NCBI GenBank assembly: GCA_030830065.1 | Contig: JAURNR010000029.1 | Coordinates: 2,710 to 66,709, forward strand | DNA: 64,000 nucleotides | Direction: 5' to 3' | Source: Bacteroidota bacterium | Lineage (GTDB): Bacteria; Bacteroidota; Bacteroidia; NS11-12g; UBA955 | Shown here: positions 46,491 to 56,460 of the stretch, piece by piece | How positions within the stretch are numbered: position 1 is the first letter of the stretch | Layout of the letters: every line of letters begins with the position of its first letter | Program-made: the position numbers and the translations under genes | Notes under the pieces: model-generated | Databases searched by the model: none | What the model was told of the DNA's origin: nothing | Seen by the model: the letters and a program-made list of their open reading frames with translations, nothing else

Positions 46491-47745
46491 AGTCCTGTTT
46501 AAAATAGCCAGAACCCATGTTTATGCAAAGAGAAAGCAATCTATAATTGCTTCACTTGGAGTAACTTTTGGTATTGGAACCTTCATTATTCTGATGAGTT
46601 TCATGACAGGGTTAAATGGATTACTTGATGGGTTAATTTTAAATAGAACTCCACATGTAAGAGTATATAACGAGATTCAACCTAGTGCAAAGCAAGCTAT
46701 ATCAAATAGTGAAAATTATCCTTCAGATAAATTTTTCCATAAAATTGAATCAATAAAGCCCCAAGCCGCTAAATCATCCATAAGGAATTCATTGGGTATT
46801 ATTGAAGGATATCAAAAAGATAAAAGAGTAAGAGGTATTACCCCACAAGTTTCTGCACGTGTTTTTTACAAAAGTGGCTCGGTATTATTGAATGGCAATT
46901 TATTAGGTATTAACCCTGAGGAAGAAGCACGGCTTTTCAATTTTGATGATTATGTACTGCATGGTAGTCCAACTGATTTAAAAAACAATAGTAATGCTAT
47001 AATTTTAGGTGCTGGTGTAGCAAAAAAACTATCTCTTAAAATTGGAGACTATATCCCAATGGTAAATCCCAAAGGGAAAGAATTTAAACTTAAAATTGTT
47101 GGTCTTTTCCAAAGTGGTTTAGCTGAGGTTGATAATATTCAGAGTTATGCAAATATTGCTGCCGCTCAATCTGCAGCTGGAGAAGGAACAGGATATTTTA
47201 CTGATATTCACTTTAAACTTCACAAAATTGAAGATGCGGCTCCCTTGGCCAATGAATTAGAAGAGTTATTTGGAGTTCACGCAATTGATATACATAGAGC
47301 AAATGCACAATTCGATACAGGAACTTCCATTAGAAACTTAATTACATACGCCGTTTCAATTACTTTATTGATAGTTGCCGGATTTGGAATTTATAACATC
47401 CTAAATATGCTTATTTATGAAAAAATGAATGACATCGCTATATTGAAAGCAACCGGGTTTTCGGGATCAGATGTAAAACGAATATTCATTTACCAAGCAT
47501 TGCTGATTGGCTTTATGGGAGGAAGTATAGGATTGTTAGTTGGATATGGAATGTCTCACGTGATTGATAATGCTCCTTTTGAAACGGAAGCTTTACCAAC
47601 TATTAAAACATTCCCAGTAAATTTTGATCCAATGTTTTACATCGGAGGAGGTTTATTTGCCTTAATTACAACATTCTTTGCAGGTTATTTTCCTGCTCGA
47701 AAAGCGAGTAAAATTGATCCTGTTGAAATTTTAAGAGGACAATAA
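46480..47745 (+). CDS. ABC transporter permease, MacB/LolC-E (FtsX) family
   Basis: N-terminal TM helix, a ~230-aa periplasmic MacB-like domain and three C-terminal TM helices. It ends PARKASKIDPVEILRGQ, typical of the FtsX family. Confidence 0.85.
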   Translation: MGNKVLFKIARTHVYAKRKQSIIASLGVTFGIGTFIILMSFMTGLNGLLDGLILNRTPHVRVYNEIQPSAKQAISNSENYPSDKFFHKIESIKPQAAKSSIRNSLGIIEGYQKDKRVRGITPQVSARVFYKSGSVLLNGNLLGINPEEEARLFNFDDYVLHGSPTDLKNNSNAIILGAGVAKKLSLKIGDYIPMVNPKGKEFKLKIVGLFQSGLAEVDNIQSYANIAAAQSAAGEGTGYFTDIHFKLHKIEDAAPLANELEELFGVHAIDIHRANAQFDTGTSIRNLITYAVSITLLIVAGFGIYNILNMLIYEKMNDIAILKATGFSGSDVKRIFIYQALLIGFMGGSIGLLVGYGMSHVIDNAPFETEALPTIKTFPVNFDPMFYIGGGLFALITTFFAGYFPARKASKIDPVEILRGQ

Positions 47746-47747
47746 TT

Positions 47748-48431
47748 ATGAGGAAGGAAGAATTATTAAAAGTTAGGGGAGTAAACAAATATTTTCATGA
47801 TCCCACCACTATTCAGGTATTGAAAAATATCAATTTTGACCTCAACAAAGGTGAATATGTGTCCATAATGGGGAAATCAGGATGCGGAAAGAGCACTTTA
47901 CTTTATATTCTAAGTACAATGGATACGGATTATGAAGGAGAGATTGAATTAAAAGGTATAAACCTTACAAAGCAATCGCACAATGAACTTGCTAGGATAC
48001 GTAATGAGTATATTGGATTTATTTTTCAGTTTCACTATTTGTTACCAGAATTTAGTATCCTGGAAAATGTAATGATGCCTGCCTTAAAACTAGATAAATA
48101 TTCACGACAAGAAATAGAGCATAGAGCGATTGAAAAGTTGAGATTATTAGATATACATAACCTTGCAAAAAAGAAAGCCACTCAAATATCTGGTGGGCAA
48201 AAACAAAGAGTTGCCATTGCAAGAGCACTAATTAATGAACCTTTAATAATTATGGGTGATGAACCCACGGGTAATTTAGATTCAAAGAATGCCGATACAG
48301 TATTTCACTTGTTTAAAGAGATGATTTCAGAATTTAACACTACCCTATTGATTGTTACTCACGATGAGGATTTTGCAAATAGGACCGATCGGATTATTAC
48401 AATGTCTGATGGGGAAATAATTAATCTTTGA
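47748..48431 (+). CDS. ABC transporter ATP-binding protein (LolD/MacB type)
   Basis: Walker A GKSGCGKST, signature SGGQKQRVAIARAL, Walker B IIMGDEPTGNLD, H-loop VTHD. Confidence 0.9.
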   Translation: MRKEELLKVRGVNKYFHDPTTIQVLKNINFDLNKGEYVSIMGKSGCGKSTLLYILSTMDTDYEGEIELKGINLTKQSHNELARIRNEYIGFIFQFHYLLPEFSILENVMMPALKLDKYSRQEIEHRAIEKLRLLDIHNLAKKKATQISGGQKQRVAIARALINEPLIIMGDEPTGNLDSKNADTVFHLFKEMISEFNTTLLIVTHDEDFANRTDRIITMSDGEIINL

Positions 48432-48480
48432 TATTGTTTGTGAATAATGGGATAATCGACTATTTTTGCACTCCTGAAAA

Positions 48481-48551
48481 GGTCGGATGGCCGAGCGGCT
48501 AGGCAGAGGTCTGCAAAACCTTTTACACCGGTTCGAATCCGGTTCCGACCT
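48481..48551 (+). tRNA. tRNA-Cys (anticodon GCA)
   Basis: Hand-folded cloverleaf. Acceptor GGTCGGA/TCCGACC, D-arm GCC...GGC, anticodon stem GAGGT/ACCTT with loop CTGCAAA (anticodon GCA). The variable loop is 4 nt, the T-arm is ACCGG-TTCGAAT-CCGGT, and the discriminator is T (U73, as expected for tRNA-Cys). CCA is not encoded. Confidence 0.9.
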
Positions 48552-48554
48552 CCG

Positions 48555-48576
48555 AAAGCACCCAAATGGGTGCTTT
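48555..48576 (+). terminator. intrinsic terminator after tRNA-Cys / ABC operon
   Basis: Perfect hairpin AAAGCACCC-aaat-GGGTGCTTT followed by ATTTTTTT. The 3' arm contains the stop codon (48575-48577) of the convergent VanZ gene. Confidence 0.8.
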
Positions 48577-48958
48577 ATTTTTTTAAATATTTTCTAATTT
48601 GTCTGGAGATTATAAAACCTGTAGTTAACCCGATTAAATCAGCCAATATATCGTAAAAGTCAGCAGTTCTCCCCCAATTCAAATAATACTGTAACCATTC
48701 GGAAAAAGGGATGCTTAAAACAATCCAAAAATAAAAATACAAAGGTTTAATAAATACTGAAGGCTTTGATAATTCATATAAGCTTATCCATATAAACCAT
48801 AGTGCAAAATGTACAATTTTGTCTATTGGTAAAATTATCAACCATTGAGGCAGGTCTATCGTGCTCTTTAAGTTAGGCTTGAGCAATAGGAAAAAACAAA
48901 AAAGCCCCCACAGATATGCGGAGGCACGAATAATTCTAGTTTTTTTAAGATTACTCAC
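48575..48958 (-). CDS. VanZ family membrane protein
   Basis: 127 aa with 4 TM helices. [13 protein letters not shown] and [15 protein letters not shown] resemble VanZ-like proteins. Confidence 0.6.
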   Translation of the reverse strand: MSNLKKTRIIRASAYLWGLFCFFLLLKPNLKSTIDLPQWLIILPIDKIVHFALWFIWISLYELSKPSVFIKPLYFYFWIVLSIPFSEWLQYYLNWGRTADFYDILADLIGLTTGFIISRQIRKYLKK

Positions 48959-49331
48959 CTACTAATGATTTGTAGTCATCAGCAGAAAGCAGATCGTTAA
49001 TTTCAGATAAATCCGACAGTTTAATTTTCACCATCCAACCATCACCATAAGGATCGCTATTGACGGTTTCAGGTGCTGAATCTAAACTACTATTCACCTC
49101 TAAAACCTCTCCAGATACGGGCATATATAAATCACTTACAGTTTTAACTGCTTCAACTGAACCAAACACTTCACCATGAGAAAGGGATTCTCCCTCCGTT
49201 GAAATATCAATAAATACTAAATCACCTAATTCACTTTGTGCAAAATCTGTAATTCCAACAGTTGCTTGATCACCTTCCACTAAAATCCACTCATGATCTT
49301 TTGTGTACTTTAAATTGCTTGGGAAATTCAT
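48951..49331 (-). CDS. gcvH: glycine cleavage system H protein
   Basis: [35 protein letters not shown] and the lipoyl-lysine context [18 protein letters not shown] are present. Confidence 0.92.
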   Translation of the reverse strand: MNFPSNLKYTKDHEWILVEGDQATVGITDFAQSELGDLVFIDISTEGESLSHGEVFGSVEAVKTVSDLYMPVSGEVLEVNSSLDSAPETVNSDPYGDGWMVKIKLSDLSEINDLLSADDYKSLVGE

Positions 49332-49344
49332 ATTATTTGTGTTT

Positions 49345-50241
49345 TTATTTTTTATTCCAAATGATACCTAACAGGGTACTTAACTTTTCCTTCAAATCTT
49401 TTCGTTCAACTATAAAATCTAAGAAACCGTGTTCCAACAAAAATTCTGAGCTTTGGAATCCTTTTGGAAGATCTTTACCTATAGTTTCACGAATGACTCT
49501 AGGGCCTGCAAAACCAATAAGTGCTTCGGGCTCAGCAATATTAAAATCTCCCAACATGGCGTATGATGCGGTGACACCGCCTGTAGTTGGATTTGTCATT
49601 AATGAAATGTAGGGTATCCCAGACTTATTTAAAAGTGCTAGTTTTGCTGAAGTTTTAGCCATTTGCATTAATGAAAATGCCGCTTCCATCATACGTGCTC
49701 CACCTGACTTGGAAATCATTAAAAAAGGCACCTTATTCTCGATGGAAAAATCAATTGCTCTCGCAATCTTCTCTCCTACTACTGATCCCATAGAACCACC
49801 AATAAAGTTAAAGTCCATGCATGCAACCATTAACTTTTTACCATTAAGTTTTCCATGGGCAGTGCGAACTGCGTCGTTTAAACCTGTTTTCTTTTTGGCA
49901 ACTGAAATACGATCCTTGTAAGGAGCGGAATCTACAAATTCTAATGGATCACCACTACTCAATTCAGCATTTATTTCTACAAATTTATTATTGTCGAAAA
50001 GAATTTCGAAGTATTCGTTAGAACCAATTCTATCATGATATCCACAAGCATCACAGACAAATAGGTTGTCGATCCAATCTTTTGTTGGAAATACCTCTTT
50101 ACAACGTCTGCACTTCTCCCACAACCCGTCAGGAGTAGGCTTTTTATCCTTTGTTTTAGTTAGAATTCCAGAAAGGGTACGCAAATACCACTTTGATTCT
50201 GCAGGATCTTGGTCGAACTCGTCGAATTCGGAATGAGACAT
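49345..50241 (-). CDS. accD: acetyl-CoA carboxylase carboxyltransferase beta subunit
   Basis: N-terminal zinc ribbon CRRC...CDAC, then the carboxyltransferase domain ([26 protein letters not shown]). Confidence 0.92.
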   Translation of the reverse strand: MSHSEFDEFDQDPAESKWYLRTLSGILTKTKDKKPTPDGLWEKCRRCKEVFPTKDWIDNLFVCDACGYHDRIGSNEYFEILFDNNKFVEINAELSSGDPLEFVDSAPYKDRISVAKKKTGLNDAVRTAHGKLNGKKLMVACMDFNFIGGSMGSVVGEKIARAIDFSIENKVPFLMISKSGGARMMEAAFSLMQMAKTSAKLALLNKSGIPYISLMTNPTTGGVTASYAMLGDFNIAEPEALIGFAGPRVIRETIGKDLPKGFQSSEFLLEHGFLDFIVERKDLKEKLSTLLGIIWNKK

Positions 50242-50250
50242 AATCCGTTG

Positions 50251-51309
50251 TTAAGCGATTGTTACTGAATTATCTAAATATACATCTTGAACAGAATTCA
50301 ATAATTGAACCCCTTCAGCAAAAGGCTTTTGGAATGCTTTTCTACCTAAAATCAATCCAGAACCACCTGCTCTCTTGTTGACTACTGCTGTAGAAACAGC
50401 TTCTTCAATATCTCCTTGACCCTTAGATTCACCTCCAGAATTAATTAAACCAGCTCTACCCATGTAACAGTTTGCAACCTGGTAACGGGTTAAGTCAATT
50501 GGATGATCAGTTGTTAATTCAGAATATACTTTCTCGTGAGTCTTACCGTGTTTTGTAGCTAAATACCCTCCGTTGTTGGTTGGCATTTTTTGTTTGATAA
50601 TGTCTGCTTGAATAGTAACCCCTAAGTGATTTGCTTGACTGGACAAATCCGCCGAAGTATGGTAATCAACACCGTCTACTTTAAATCCGCTATTTCTAGT
50701 GTAGCACCAAAGAATAGTTGCCATTCCTAATGCATGAGCTTCTTCAAACGCTTGAGCTACCTCTATGATTTGTCTTGAACTATCTTCGCTACCAAAGTAA
50801 ATAGTTGCACCTACAGCAGCAGCACCTAGATTCCAAGCTTCACGTACTGACCCAAACATAATCTGGTTGTATGTATTTGGGTAAGACAAGAATTCATTAT
50901 GATTGATTTTTACAACAAATGGAATTTTGTGAGCATATTTTCTTGAATTCATCGCCAATACACCATACGTAGAAGCTACAGCGTTACATCCACCATCTAT
51001 TGCTAGTTTAATGATATTTTCCGGATCAAAATAAATTGGATTTGGAGCAAAAGAAGAACCTGCACTATGTTCAATCCCTTGATCTACTGGAAGAATACTC
51101 AAGTAACCTGTATTCGCCAATCTACCATTACCATACAATGATTGTAATGACCGCAATACTTGCGGACTGCGATTAGTTTGTGAGAAAACTTTATCGATAA
51201 AATCTTCTCCTGGTAAATGAATAGAATTCTTGGATATAGTTTTACATTCATGGCTAAGTAAATACTCAGCATCTTTTCCTAATAGTTGGGCAACGTTGGT
51301 TTGCGACAT
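50251..51309 (-). CDS. fbaB: class I fructose-bisphosphate aldolase (FbaB/DhnA type)
   Basis: The protein is collinear with my recollection of E. coli FbaB over its whole length: [14 protein letters not shown]..., [51 protein letters not shown]. Confidence 0.9.
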   Translation of the reverse strand: MSQTNVAQLLGKDAEYLLSHECKTISKNSIHLPGEDFIDKVFSQTNRSPQVLRSLQSLYGNGRLANTGYLSILPVDQGIEHSAGSSFAPNPIYFDPENIIKLAIDGGCNAVASTYGVLAMNSRKYAHKIPFVVKINHNEFLSYPNTYNQIMFGSVREAWNLGAAAVGATIYFGSEDSSRQIIEVAQAFEEAHALGMATILWCYTRNSGFKVDGVDYHTSADLSSQANHLGVTIQADIIKQKMPTNNGGYLATKHGKTHEKVYSELTTDHPIDLTRYQVANCYMGRAGLINSGGESKGQGDIEEAVSTAVVNKRAGGSGLILGRKAFQKPFAEGVQLLNSVQDVYLDNSVTIA

Positions 51310-51361
51310 TACTTTCTAGCTTTTAGTTATTAATTTTGAGCAAATTTAACCATTTTTCCGG

Positions 51362-51787
51362 ATGATTGAGATTAAAGAGATTTCCTCCCCCTCAGAGCTA
51401 GTAGAAACTTTCGATGTGCGAAGGATAGTTTTCGTGATAGGACAGAATTGTCCACCCGATGAAGAATACGATGAGTTTGATGCTACCGCGACTCATTTAA
51501 GAGCTAGATATAATGGTCTTACCGTGGGTACATGCCGATATAGAAAAACTGATTTTGGATGGAAACTCGAACGTTTTGCAGTGCTTGATAATTATAGAGG
51601 CAAGGGCATTGGAAAGGCATTAGTGAAGGCATGTTTAGATGCATTAAAATCAGAGGGTGAAACTGTATACCTACACGCTCAAACACATGCTGAAACCTTT
51701 TATGGCGAATTGGGTTTTGAACGTACCAGTTCACTATTTGTTGAAGCAGGAATAGACCATTACAAAATGATTTTTAATGGTGGGTAA
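51362..51787 (+). CDS. GNAT family N-acetyltransferase
   Basis: 141 aa with the acetyl-CoA binding motif YRGKGIGKALV. Confidence 0.8.
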   Translation: MIEIKEISSPSELVETFDVRRIVFVIGQNCPPDEEYDEFDATATHLRARYNGLTVGTCRYRKTDFGWKLERFAVLDNYRGKGIGKALVKACLDALKSEGETVYLHAQTHAETFYGELGFERTSSLFVEAGIDHYKMIFNGG

Positions 51788-52961
51788 CTTGTTGTAAAAA
51801 AATATTGAGTTGCTCAAGATTTTGGGCAACATTGTGGTGAGCATCAATATATTTTCGGGCAGTTTTACCTAATTCAATTGCTTTTCGGTGATCTGATAAT
51901 AATGAAACTACCTGTTTTGCGAATGTTTTTGGGTCATCTGCAATGAGTACTGGATTATTATTTAGCTCAATTCCTTGAGCTCCAATTGTAGTAGATACAC
52001 AAGGAATACCTAGAGACATTGCCTGTAACAATTTCATACGAATCCCACTTCCAGCCTTTAATGGCACTACACAAACACCATGGTTAATCATAAATTCCTC
52101 GGCATTTTCCACTTCGGCATGATTGTATACTCCTTTCATGAAAAACCTATTATCGGATGCACTGAGTCCCTTACCTGCAACATGGAACTCTGCCTCGGGA
52201 TATACGCTCAATACCAAAGGCCAAACCTTTCTTAAAAACCACTCTACTGCTTCATTGTTGGCATCCCATTCCATTGAACCTATATGAAACATTCTCATAG
52301 GTTGTAACTTAGATTTTTCCCTAATTCTAAAGGGGAAGCCCGGCAAATATTGGAATATTTCAGTTTTAGAATTTTGCTTGAAATAATGAGAATCTGCAGG
52401 TGAAATACTAACAATCGCATCTACTTCATTAATAAGTGTAATTTCCTCACTCTGCAATCTATTTGTTTGTATCTTGAGGAAGCTTTTTTTAAGGGTATTT
52501 CTCGTATTTGCAGTATTTCTAGCCCAAATTTCTGACTCCACATTATGAGCACGGTAAACCACAGGTACATTTGAATTTTCTCTTATGATTTTTAAGAAAT
52601 TTGAAGAATATAGCCCTTCAATAATTGCCAAATCATAACTTCCGTTAACAAGAATTTCAATTAACTTGGTTTCCGCGGCTTCGTTTTTATATCTACTTAA
52701 AAAGTAGCTATTCTTCCTAAAAACTGTATTAATAATGGCCTGTTTCGTATTTGGGGTTGCGTCTATTTCAGCGGTAACAACTTCGCAAAAAGTAAAGTTT
52801 TCATTATGTGAACGTGCATCATTAAAATGCTTTTTTGTGTTGAAGGAGAAATAAGTTAACTCATGTGTGTTGGATAATCCTTTGAGTAGGTTATAAGTAG
52901 CCATTGCACCGCCATCGTGAAGCGGCCATGGAATTCTATTTCCTACAACTAAGATTTTCAT
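51774..52961 (-). CDS. GT-B fold glycosyltransferase (family 4-like)
   Basis: From Met10: MKILVVGNRIPWPLHDGGAMATYN. The C-terminal PLKAGSGIRMKLLQAMSLGIPCVST is typical of the GT4/GT1 donor-binding region. ATGA overlap with the upstream permease stop. Confidence 0.7.
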   Translation of the reverse strand: MKILVVGNRIPWPLHDGGAMATYNLLKGLSNTHELTYFSFNTKKHFNDARSHNENFTFCEVVTAEIDATPNTKQAIINTVFRKNSYFLSRYKNEAAETKLIEILVNGSYDLAIIEGLYSSNFLKIIRENSNVPVVYRAHNVESEIWARNTANTRNTLKKSFLKIQTNRLQSEEITLINEVDAIVSISPADSHYFKQNSKTEIFQYLPGFPFRIREKSKLQPMRMFHIGSMEWDANNEAVEWFLRKVWPLVLSVYPEAEFHVAGKGLSASDNRFFMKGVYNHAEVENAEEFMINHGVCVVPLKAGSGIRMKLLQAMSLGIPCVSTTIGAQGIELNNNPVLIADDPKTFAKQVVSLLSDHRKAIELGKTARKYIDAHHNVAQNLEQLNIFLQQVTHH

Positions 52962-54403
52962 GCCTTTTTCTTTTTCCAAAATTTCCATTTGCCTGATCCA
53001 GCAAAAAGAGAACGGTCACGGATCGCCTTCCATGTAATGAGCAGTGCTACTGGAAATAACACCAAAGTACTCATCCACATTCCAAACCACACTGGAACAA
53101 TTAGTTCCTTTCCCATTTTCTCTCCCGTTATATTAATTGCATAAAACACCACAAACAACAATACTGAGATTACCAAAGGCAGTCCAATCCCTCCTTTTTT
53201 AATAATTGCTCCCAACGGTGCGGCAATCATAAATAGCATCATTAATAAAAAGCTGTAAGCAAACTTCTTATGCAATTCACTCTGATATAATGCCACATCC
53301 TTTCTCTCATATACTTGAGTAGATGCATATCCATCGAGCGTACCTTTTACTCCCCTAGCAGTAGAAACCGCTAATGAGCGCATTCGAGACCATCGCGAAG
53401 AGTCGTAATTCTCATATATTTCTTTCTTTTTAAGAGGGAAATATTCAAAATGTGGATTTTGAGCAATATTGGTTACTGGCGCAAAAACAGGAGAATAATG
53501 TATTAATCTGCTTAGATAACCTGTATTCTTATCAAAATGCTCATCCATGCGCATGTGAAAAGAATCAATCTCAAGCAATAACTGACCGACATTCAATAAT
53601 CGATAGTCGGTAGCCATTCGTTTCTTATTTGCAAAAGTGAGATCCAAACTAGACAAATCAATTACCATTTTTTGCTTGTCGAAGTACATTTGATTAAAGG
53701 GAAGATTCTTCTTATACCCTTGAACATTGGTCATTTCTTCGTAGCGAACTCCGTTATACAGGGTGATATCCAATAACTTCTTATTTGCTGAAACCACCAT
53801 TGTTCCCCATTCCGCACGGATTACATCGAGCCTTTTTGAATCATCTTGCTTTCGTTGATAGATTAATACATCGCGCACCGTCTCATTATCTTTCTCCTTT
53901 TCTCCTACCCTAATTGCAACCCTATCAATCTGCTGATAGAACTGTCCCGGATCTATATTGAAAGCTGGTTTCTTTTTTCTAAGATCAAGCAACATGGCTT
54001 TAAACTCAAGATTCGCTTTCGGTATTACATAATTAAGAAATAGGAAGTTTGAAAATACTAAAACTGACATGAAAACGAATACCGGTCTTAGAATCCTCAA
54101 AAGAGAAATACCGTTGGCCTTCATCGCTACCAATTCGAAACTCTCTGAAAGATTTCCAAAGGTCATTAAACCTGCAACCATCACGGTTAAGGGTAATGCC
54201 ATTGGAACCAAATCTGCCAGTGATAACCAAATTAACTTTAACATGGTTAATGGCGGTATCCCCTTGCCTACAAGTTCGTCAATGTATTTCCATAAAAATT
54301 GCATTAGAAACAGAAACAAACTCAAAGCAAAGGTTACCATGAATGGCCCAATGTAGGATTTGAGTACGAGTTTGTCGATCTTTTGCAATCGGAATAAGCG
54401 CAT
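52958..54403 (-). CDS. LptF/LptG (YjgP/YjgQ) family permease
   Basis: From Met20: MRLFRLQKIDKLVLKSYIGPFMVTF is a family-typical N-terminus. It has 6 TM helices with a large periplasmic loop. The track start is a TTG at 54460. Confidence 0.7.
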   Translation of the reverse strand: MRLFRLQKIDKLVLKSYIGPFMVTFALSLFLFLMQFLWKYIDELVGKGIPPLTMLKLIWLSLADLVPMALPLTVMVAGLMTFGNLSESFELVAMKANGISLLRILRPVFVFMSVLVFSNFLFLNYVIPKANLEFKAMLLDLRKKKPAFNIDPGQFYQQIDRVAIRVGEKEKDNETVRDVLIYQRKQDDSKRLDVIRAEWGTMVVSANKKLLDITLYNGVRYEEMTNVQGYKKNLPFNQMYFDKQKMVIDLSSLDLTFANKKRMATDYRLLNVGQLLLEIDSFHMRMDEHFDKNTGYLSRLIHYSPVFAPVTNIAQNPHFEYFPLKKKEIYENYDSSRWSRMRSLAVSTARGVKGTLDGYASTQVYERKDVALYQSELHKKFAYSFLLMMLFMIAAPLGAIIKKGGIGLPLVISVLLFVVFYAINITGEKMGKELIVPVWFGMWMSTLVLFPVALLITWKAIRDRSLFAGSGKWKFWKKKKA

Positions 54404-54456
54404 GAGCAAGGCAAAGATAAGTTCTATTCCCTGACTTGTGGGAGATTTCAGATGAA

Positions 54457-55491
54457 TCAATCCAAAATCACAATACCATTGGGAATAACGCCCGTAGATA
54501 AGCGATTGGTTTCTGTTCCGCTGCTATCTAATACAATTACTTGTCCTTTGCTCACATAATCCTTTGCGTCAGTAACGAAAACTGTATTTTTTTGAGGATC
54601 TACACCTAAACCATAGAGATTAACCGCTTCGGCAATATCAATTTTTGTCCAGTCATCGAAGGAAGTTGTATTAGATTCAAACTTCATTAAACTCCCATCC
54701 ACCAAAGTAAAAAAACAGTCCAAATCAGGCAGATAAGCCAGTTGATTCAAGTTGAATCCTTCAGGCAGATCAATTGATTTTTCAATACTAAGGTTTGTAT
54801 TAATGTTAAACACAGAAGAACTCCCATCTATTGAGCTAATCCCCCACAAAGAGCCCTCTTTTGAAACGCTTAAATACTTGCATCCTGCTGCCGTTTGAAT
54901 TCGTTTAACAGTTTCAATATTTACTGGATCTATAAGTAAAACATCCCCCGAAACAGATGCTACAGCAATGTAATTATTCCAATGCACCACCTGCTCCGTC
55001 CAACCCTGAAATGAAGTTTTTTGTGAATCTAAATTTCTAATAAAACCTAATCGGCCAAGATGCTGAGTATCCAATACCATTACTCCATTATTCATTAAAT
55101 CGGTAACATACAATCTTCCGTTTGCTTCTGCCATATATCTCGGAGAAATCAAGTCCGTTTTTTGAACCTCAATAGTGAATTTCTCATCGTTTACTTTTAC
55201 GAGCTTCCCACTATTGTTAACTACAAGATATAGTGAGTTATTGAGATGAAAACCCGATTGTAAAACATCTCCTAAAGCCGACAAATTCGCCTGCTCAAAT
55301 ACTCTATCAAAATACTCCCCTGTTTGGCTATTCCAAATATCTAATCTCGCATTTTCCCAATTAAAATTACCTTCACAAAGTATGGCAACTTTTGAGTCTT
55401 GAATGCTAAAATCTTGCTTATTATTTTCGGGATGCTTGTAGCACCCATTGAGAACAAACACAAGTAAAGACCAAAGGAAGATTTTTTTCAT
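54457..55491 (-). CDS. beta-propeller surface lipoprotein (YncE/YVTN-like), BtuG-like by context
   Basis: Lipobox VFVLNGC. Repeated blade-like units are visible (LYLVVNNSGKLVKV, LYVTDLMNNGVMVLD, VFVTDAKDYVSKGQVIVLD). It is the third gene of the cobalamin-riboswitch operon. Confidence 0.55.
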   Translation of the reverse strand: MKKIFLWSLLVFVLNGCYKHPENNKQDFSIQDSKVAILCEGNFNWENARLDIWNSQTGEYFDRVFEQANLSALGDVLQSGFHLNNSLYLVVNNSGKLVKVNDEKFTIEVQKTDLISPRYMAEANGRLYVTDLMNNGVMVLDTQHLGRLGFIRNLDSQKTSFQGWTEQVVHWNNYIAVASVSGDVLLIDPVNIETVKRIQTAAGCKYLSVSKEGSLWGISSIDGSSSVFNINTNLSIEKSIDLPEGFNLNQLAYLPDLDCFFTLVDGSLMKFESNTTSFDDWTKIDIAEAVNLYGLGVDPQKNTVFVTDAKDYVSKGQVIVLDSSGTETNRLSTGVIPNGIVILD

Positions 55492-56460
55492 TTACTCTTT
55501 AATTAGTTTGGTAATCACTCTGTTACCATCAATCATAGCTGAAACAAAATATAGTCCGCTTGGTAAATGCTCGGTTGAAAATACATTTCTACTAATAGAT
55601 ACAACTGGGAAACTCTGCCCTTGCACATTAAATAGCGATAATTCTTTTACCGGTAATTCACTCTTAAAACTAAAATAGTTTTTTGCAGGATTAGGATAAA
55701 CAGAAATACTCGGTGGAGTAATGTGTTCTTTAGAATTGGTATTTTCTAACACAACCCCATCTAATGCAAAAAATGCCGGTGTATTCATTCCCCATTGTCC
55801 GTTATCTGAACTGTAAAGTTGGAAATTTAGACTATCGAAATACTCTGTAAACTCCACAAATTTCCATGTTTTTAGAATCCCCATAGAATTAGGCGTTCTA
55901 AAATCTGCCAAGTAGACCAAACTAGAATCTACTAAAACGTTTTCTGCGAAAGAATAAATTTTGAGTACAAAAGTATCCTTGTCGTTATAACTAAATTGCT
56001 TTCCTATTTGATCCCCAAATAACATACTATTAACGGCATAGGTGGTGTTGGCAATATAAAATCCTTTAATTCTCTGGGTGGGCATTTTAGGACTTTGATT
56101 CAACAAATGCGCACCATTAAAACCAACGGCATAAACTGCAGTACCTTCGGCACCACTACCTGGTCTAGCACAATACAAATGTTTAGAAAAATCGCTAGTT
56201 TCTTCAGTAGTATCGATTCTAGTAGAGAATGCCCAAGGACCGGTAGAATATCCTCCCCAACTTGTATCCCAACCCATTATCATCTCCAAATAGTAATCAT
56301 CTTGTGAAAATGAAACTGTATCTATTCTATTGGATCCGTCCCAATAATTATCGGTTCCAATATTGGTTTCAAGAATGTCAAAATGAAATTTCACTTCGTT
56401 TTGTGCAACTGAAAAGGACATGCAGAGTCCGATGATGATTAAGCTAAGTAATTTTTTCAT
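55492..56460 (-). CDS. DUF4465-like protein with T9SS C-terminal sorting domain
   Basis: Signal peptide. YWDGS...GWDTSWGGYSTGPWAFSTRIDT...GAEGTAVYAV resembles DUF4465. The C-terminal ISVYPNPAKNYFSFKSELPVKELSLFNVQGQ...GLYFVSAMIDGNRVITKLIKE looks like a T9SS CTD. Confidence 0.55.
   Translation of the reverse strand: MKKLLSLIIIGLCMSFSVAQNEVKFHFDILETNIGTDNYWDGSNRIDTVSFSQDDYYLEMIMGWDTSWGGYSTGPWAFSTRIDTTEETSDFSKHLYCARPGSGAEGTAVYAVGFNGAHLLNQSPKMPTQRIKGFYIANTTYAVNSMLFGDQIGKQFSYNDKDTFVLKIYSFAENVLVDSSLVYLADFRTPNSMGILKTWKFVEFTEYFDSLNFQLYSSDNGQWGMNTPAFFALDGVVLENTNSKEHITPPSISVYPNPAKNYFSFKSELPVKELSLFNVQGQSFPVVSISRNVFSTEHLPSGLYFVSAMIDGNRVITKLIKE

Noticed and set aside
48359-48565. 68-aa minus-strand ORF from the track
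   Set aside because: It lies antisense to the 3' end of the ABC ATPase gene and to the whole tRNA-Cys. Its peptide (…NRIRTGVKGFADLCLAARPSD…) is the reverse translation of a tRNA cloverleaf, not a gene.
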